Positions 42,345-48,221 of a DNA stretch of 48,221 nt are shown here, piece by piece. Positions within the stretch are counted from its first letter, which is position 1, and each line of letters opens with the position of its first letter. A program made the position numbers and the translations under genes. Under the pieces are notes generated by a model that made no database searches, was not told the origin of the DNA, and saw nothing but the letters and a program-made list of their open reading frames with translations. Origin of the DNA: Folioceros fuciformis (taxonomy: Eukaryota); contig JBNGIO010006088.1 of NCBI GenBank assembly GCA_049999805.1, positions 1 through 48,221 of the forward strand, in the 5' to 3' direction.

Positions 42345-45300
42345 TCAGAAGCACAAGGCCAACTCTCTGTGGCGGCACAGATCCTTTTGATACGTGGCGA
42401 TGCTGTAGTCGGATTCAAGGTTGGTGATCTCTTCGCCGACAGATTTGTTCACCAGTTGGTTCAGTTCCTCTGACTCGACTGCATCAGAATCTGTTGCATC
42501 CTCTGTCAACAAGTCCAGAACCTGGAACAACGCATGTAATTTTGTTAGAACTGGGGAGTCAAGAATCCAATATCGGAGATGAAGGTGTTTCGATTGAACG
42601 GCTGCAGAGCAAGCTCAAGGGACTTGCCTGCTTCATGCTAGGACGCCAAATTGCAGAATGCCTGACGCAGAGGGTGGCCACCATAATCAGCTTTCGCATT
42701 TGAGATGCATCGTATGATGTTCCCAACCTCCGATCCACCAACTCCGGCAGGTTGGTAGTCTCGAGAAAAGGCTTTGCCTGATGCAGTGTCATTGCTATCA
42801 GTCGATCCGACGTTCCGAAATAAGAAAAAGACATTACACACATAGGACAGCACAGCAGAAGCGATCGAACGTACCCACATCACCAAGTTCTGGGAAGTAG
42901 CATCTACCGGCCGTCGGCCACTTATCAGCTCCAAGAGCACCACACCATAAGCGAACACATCTGTCTTCTCATCAACAATTCCATGCATGAAGTACTCAGG
43001 AGCGAGGTACCTGCGGTGATACACGGGACACAGTCACATCACATGTCGAGGACTGGACACAATGACGAACGAAAAGCATCGACATCTATCTACTCACCCA
43101 ATAGTGCCTTCGACAGGCTCTACAGTATGATGCGTCCACTGTTCCGGCAGCCATTTTGCCAACCCGAAGTCCGATATCTGCACAGGGATTTCAGCCGCAT
43201 AAGCCTTGCGGACTTCAAACGATGCTAGGCAAAACATCTAGACCAGTCGATATGAGATCGGTAAGTTCTCGTACTTGTGGCTCAAAGTCCGGTCCCAAAA
43301 GAATGTTTGACGACTTTATGTCCCTGTGAATGATGCGTCGTGGGCATCGCTTGTGCAAGTAATGCAGACCATGAGCAACACCAACCGCGACTTTGTACCG
43401 AGCAGCCCAATCCATCGACGAGCCAGAGCCAGCTGTAGAAGTCAACAAACAAGTACGTTAGACTTAATTTGGGCTCAGTGCTCTGAGAGTGCGCCTTCGG
43501 CAAGTGTGGCTGCGAGTCTCACCATGAAGAACCGAAGCCAGACTTCCATGTGGTGAATATTTGTACACCAAGTGAAGACCACCTTCTATGCAAAACCCAA
43601 TCAGCATGCTGGTGTTCCGGTGACAGACATGACCAATAATCCCCAACTCCGTAAGAAAATCTCTCTCCTTCATCTCTTCCGACTCTCGAGTGAGCAGTTT
43701 CACTGCTATCACCTCTCCGTTGCGTAGCACTCCCTTGAACACCTGAGCGTAACCTCCCTTACCGACCAAGTTGGCTGGACACCACAGAAAGGTGCAAGAT
43801 ATTAAGAAAATGACAAATGAAAGAGCACTCCACGATAGGCGACAGATTTTTAGATTCAGCGTACTCACCTTGGTCGAATGACTTCGTGGCCATGGAAATC
43901 TCGGCATAAGTGAAGAAGCGCCAAGGAGGTCGAGAGCCAGGAGGCTTTCCATCCCACGCCTGTTCGATGTCCTCTGCACCCGAATCCGCACCAGAATCTG
44001 GGTTTGTCCTTGCCGAATGGCAGCTGGAACTTGCCAACAGCTTCTTGACTCGGTGTGACGATGGAAAGCTATGTAGCTTCCTCATGGGATTCTTCCAAAC
44101 GATCGACAGTGGACGTTGCGGTGGAGGTGATGGCTGCAGTGCGTCCTCCTCTCCGGCCAAGAACGGTCTTTTCGAAAGGCTTGGGGAGAAGATGGTGATG
44201 CTGCTGGGCGGAGAGCTCGATTCAGATTCCATGGTGCCTTCCAGAACTCCCCTTGGTGAAAGACCCTCCAACTCCCAGGCCAGGCTGGCAGCATCCTTGG
44301 CATCTCTGGTAGGACTGTCGAGGGGTGTTGGTATCACGTCCGGTTCTTGAGAGCAGAATTTGAATCTGCGTGGTAAGGATCCACGGCTGCCTGTGACGCT
44401 CTTAGTTGTCTTCTGTTTCGGCAGAGATTCTGCAAGATTGAAAAATTGTGGGGGTCAACAACATTTGTGTTGGCAGCATCCCGCGCCACATTCAATCGAA
44501 CGTTAAGCAACATGGCATTTACCGGGGGAAAAAGTGCTGTCTGTGCTGCCCTTGTACGATAGGACTTTGCTGTCCTTGACAACAAGCACGGAGCAACGTG
44601 GAGGTGCATGTTCCGAGCAATAAATGGTCGGGCTCTGATGACACCTGCGGAAACCCAAGATTAGAGAAGACGGTCTCTACTAGAGAGGCATGGAAGAAGG
44701 CCCCAGCCAGTCATGATTCCTTGGTCCGGACTCTGGACTAGCCTTATGTTCAATGTAGGAATTGCATACCAGGAGGGACGCGGTCTACCAGAGCTCCCCA
44801 GAAGAATAAGGGTGGCGCGCAGTGCATGTGCTTGCTCCACCAAACCTTTCTCCACACTGACGCCTCCAGCGATTCTGGCTCCTAGTTTTATCTGCACGAT
44901 GTTTGGACGCTTCGATACGATAAGTACTTCCGCGTCAAAGGACACGTTCCTCTCATGTCAGACGCGGAGGTTCAGCCGAGGCCCCAAGCTGCGCACAAAG
45001 TGTGAGTCGCGAGAGACGGATACCTGCTTCTGCGCACAGTGCTGTAGATAGGGGTCCAGCATTTTGACGAGGGCAGAGTTAGCCACATCCCTGGCAAGCC
45101 TCAAGGGGCGCTCGTCCGCATCCTCTGCATTCCCACAGGAAAGCGAATTGTGAGAGCAATTCCACGGTAGGTGAGGTGAGTCGGAGGCCACCGTGGGGTA
45201 GGTGAGATGAGCTCCGGGCGAAGAGACAGGTACCTTCCGAATGCACAGGCTCCTGAGTGCTGTGAACATGGAGTGCGATGACGGCGTCGCCAGGCCGCGC

Positions 45301-45462
45301 AGCTGAGTAAACGGCCCAGGAGATGAGTTCCGACTCTTCCTCCAGCAACTTGACTCCCACTATGATCGTCTCCGGGTCCATGGAGAAGCTGCTCTTGTGC
45401 CTCATGGCCTCCACTTCATATCCATTTTGCAGCTGCTGAAGCTGCTCCGCCAGAAGAGGCAT
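42345..45462 (-). CDS. Receptor-like cytoplasmic kinase, RLCK VI (ROP-binding kinase-like), with N-terminal USP-like domain, multi-exon
   Basis: USP-like TIIVGVK...ISWAV...GDAVIALHV...[16 protein letters not shown]; kinase [78 protein letters not shown]; ends RHRELALCF*. Start uncertain (45462, 45405 or 45381; gap upstream). Confidence 0.9.
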
Positions 45463-45523
45463 CCTGGTGTCCTGGCCTTGGGCCCGGCAGTGGTGACTCT
45501 CCCCTCACACTTTGCCTACAACT

Positions 45524-45623
45524 NNNNNNNNNNNNNNNNNNNNNNNNNNNNNNNNNNNNNNNNNNNNNNNNNNNNNNNNNNNNNNNNNNNNNNNNNNNNN
45601 NNNNNNNNNNNNNNNNNNNNNNN
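45524..45623. other. Assembly gap (100 N)
   Basis: Run of N, followed by (CCGAGG)n. Confidence 1.
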
Positions 45624-45834
45624 CCGAGGCCGAGGCCGAGGCCGAGGTCGTGAGACCGGGATCAAATCATAATACCATCGCATTATTCCCCGTCCGAACG
45701 AAGCCGCAAACGGCTACCACGGCGGAAAGCTCCGGCTGCCGTACGCAATCCTCACACAGAAATTTGCGTGAGAGAGTAAGGTGGTGCAGAGCTTGAAGAA
45801 GCGCTCCCTCTAGAGAGCAGGAAGCACACTCCAT

Positions 45835-45898
45835 GCAGCAGAAGCAGAAGCAGAAGCAGAAGCAGAAGCAGAAGCAGAAGCAGCAGCAGCAGCAGCAG
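45835..45898. repeat. Compound microsatellite (GCAGAA)n(GCA)n
   Basis: Directly visible. Confidence 0.95.
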
Positions 45899-46290
45899 GA
45901 CACAGTAGCAGAAATTCACCTCAATCCAGAGTGGAACAAAGACAGCAGCAGGGGGCTGGTGATCCCGAAGCAGAGATTCCAGCGTGGGCAGGCGAGAGCA
46001 GCAGAAAGGAGAGCGCGCCCCGGGCCGCAGAAGCGCATTTTCCGTTGCCAGCTGCAGCTGGGAGAAGGCCGTACAATGAATGCGCTACTACAGGAATCCG
46101 GTGTCCCCGCTTCCTCTCGTTGCAGACTCAGACTGACACCCCTTGCCCGGTACGGCGCATCCACTCGTCATCCCGGGAGGCGGGAGCAAGGAACTTAGGA
46201 GGGAGACACGGGGTTGAAGAGAAGAGAGGCGGGAGCAGCAGTCACCGCGGCAGGGACAGGCCGTGGGGCATTTCCATGCAATGTGTTCCA

Positions 46291-46340
46291 CTCTTCTTCT
46301 TCTTCTTCTTCTTCGTCTTCGTCTTCCTTCTTCTACTTCC
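46291..46340. repeat. (CTT)n microsatellite
   Basis: Directly visible. Confidence 0.9.
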
Positions 46341-46904
46341 TCGAGCCTTGTGACGGCCGGTGAGACGAGCGAGAGCGGTTGCAATCCCGATAGCGAATTG
46401 GAAGCTGGAGTCGGAGCCCACGTCTTAGTCCGAGTCCTAGTCCTAGTCCTCGTCGAGTGATAGCAGCGCGGACGGACGGGAGAGAGAATGGCTGGTGGGG
46501 CGCTGCTGGTTTCAATCAGAGTCCAGACAAACGGACAGCAGAAATCGAGACGGGAGCGCGGCGGAGTCGTGCTGCTCTCCCTGGCTGGGAGGAGCAGAAA
46601 GAGAAAGGCCCGCCGCGCCGGCCAGTCCTTGGGCTGGGCTAGGCTGGGCTGGTTCCGTCTGCCGTCTCTCGTCTCCTCTCTTGTGCTGTGGTGTGCTATG
46701 GTGTGCTCTGATGTGCTCGACCCTCCGCTCCTGGCGTCGCTGCCTTCCTGCCTGCTCTGCCGTGAGCGTTGGAAGCTCCAAAGTCCGCTGGTGAAAGTGT
46801 CAGAGCATGTGCACACACTTTTCACGACTGACTGCTGGGGCGCGAGACTAAAAAAAGACCGGATGGAAGCGGATAGCAATATTTATTAACATGGTGGGGC
46901 AGGG

Positions 46905-47004
46905 NNNNNNNNNNNNNNNNNNNNNNNNNNNNNNNNNNNNNNNNNNNNNNNNNNNNNNNNNNNNNNNNNNNNNNNNNNNNNNNNNNNNNNNNNNNNNNNN
47001 NNNN
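46905..47004. other. Assembly gap (100 N)
   Basis: Run of N. Confidence 1.
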
Positions 47005-47315
47005 AGGTGCGCCAATTCCGTGTGGGATTATGGCGTGGGTTTGCCCTTCTCTCGTCTCATCACCTCCAGCCAGCAGCTATATATATATATGTACATGGTA
47101 TATGTATTTGTGTTATTATACAAGCACTAGATTCTGGTGTGTGCAGCCTCAGCCTCAGCCTCAGGGCCCTCAGGCTCACAGCCTCCATCCAGCCTCCAGC
47201 CCTCCAGCCTCCAGCCCAACAACAAGCTCTGGTTCCCGGGAATCAGGATTCCATAATTTCCATCTCCTGCGGCCTGGGACCCAACTTGTGTTCAATCTTC
47301 GTTCTTCAACAAACT

Positions 47316-47356
47316 CCTTCCTTGCTTCCTTGCTTCCTTGCTTCCTTGCTTCCTTG
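47316..47356. repeat. (CTTCCTTG)n octamer repeat
   Basis: Directly visible. Confidence 0.9.
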
Positions 47357-47414
47357 TGTTCCATGGCTCCTGCAAGTCTTGTCTCCTATGTGCATAGTAC
47401 TGCTAAACATCATC

Positions 47415-47760
47415 TAAACCCTCCTAAACCCTAAATTACAAAACCCTAAATAAATCGTGATATATGACTACGACGATGAGGGGAGCGGAGGGGAGAGGAG
47501 AGGAGATGAGAAGTGAATGGGCAGGCAGGCAGGGTGGGAGAATGATTGGTGTGGGTGTGGAGAGGGAGATGACCGTTGGAGCGATGGAGACAGACGGCAC
47601 CCGGCCTGAATGGCTGGAGCCCGGCAAGCACAGGGCCAAAGCCAAGGCCAACGGGAACACTCTTCCCGGGAGAGCCCAGCCCCGGCCGGGCCCAGCCCAA
47701 CCCGGGAAGTGGGGCCCGCCTCCCTTCCCTTCCCGTCCCGTCTGATGTGGGCCGTCCTGG
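47415..47760 (-). promoter_or_regulatory. GC-rich promoter-like region with telo-boxes (AAACCCTA) and GGCCC site II-like motifs upstream of the RLCK gene
   Basis: AAACCCTA at ~47426 and ~47441; several GGCCCA/GGGCC motifs at 47633-47755. Confidence 0.35.
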
Positions 47761-48174
47761 GTCCAGGGCTGGGGCGTGACGAGGTCACGGGTCAAAGGTG
47801 GTGGCGTGCGCGGCACAATACGCCGGGCGTGCAGGCGCAGGCGCAGCCCGGCCCGCTTCCCCGCCTTTCGTTTTCCTTTCAGCCTTTTCCTCCCTTTCGT
47901 TTGGTCTTTCGTTTGGGCGTCACCGACAATGACGACAAGGCAACCAGCATCCACGACTCCGTCGGTAGCTGGTGGCTAGCGGGGCGGGGCGGGGCGGGGC
48001 ATCCATATCCCATTTCTCACTTCCATCCCCCATGGCGGGCCCCACCAATCAATCCAGGAGAGGGCCCGCCATGGCAACTAGGCAACTATGTACTGCATGT
48101 GTGTATATATGTATGACTGTACAGCAGATGGAGACACAATGCAATGCAGTTATGACGGGCGTGTGCTTTTCTGC

Positions 48175-48221
48175 ATGTATGTATGTATGTATGTATGTAT
48201 GTATGTATGTATGTATGTATG
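48175..48221. repeat. (ATGT)n microsatellite
   Basis: Directly visible at the window end. Confidence 0.97.

Noticed and set aside
45667-46889. ORFs upstream of the RLCK gene (poly-QK, 263-aa minus-strand ORF)
   Set aside because: Driven by microsatellites and high GC with no domains; probably 5'-UTR or intron sequence.

Overview
Eukaryotic land-plant nuclear DNA: gene-dense, with short GT-AG introns and four 100-N assembly gaps. It is most likely a hornwort (Anthoceros-like), inferred from the GRP-ending DYW:KP PPR genes. Genes read from the sequence: HINT3-like HIT hydrolase with a PTS2-like signal (-), a J-domain protein with an unrecognised C-terminal domain (+), a cN-II/HAD 5'-nucleotidase (+), Cwf18/CCDC12 (-, broken by a gap), a chromomethylase (+), a membrane-anchored TPR protein (-), an F-box protein (+) and a USP-domain RLCK VI kinase (-). 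There are also four intronless PLS-class PPR genes, one solitary and three in tandem. All four end in the variant DYW:KP deaminase domain (KPAxAxIEV, HAE, CxxCH, terminal GRP) associated with reverse U-to-C organellar RNA editing. All four also carry an N-terminal ~50-aa motif matching the PDF ssDNA-binding motif of plant organellar OSB proteins. This PDF-PPR-DYW:KP architecture, with constant ends and a variable central repeat tract, is the most notable signal. Also present: a ~800-bp foldback element, minisatellites, microsatellites, a decayed PPR fragment, an orphan spliced ORF remnant and a GC-AG intron. All gene models were spliced by eye and no database searches were run.
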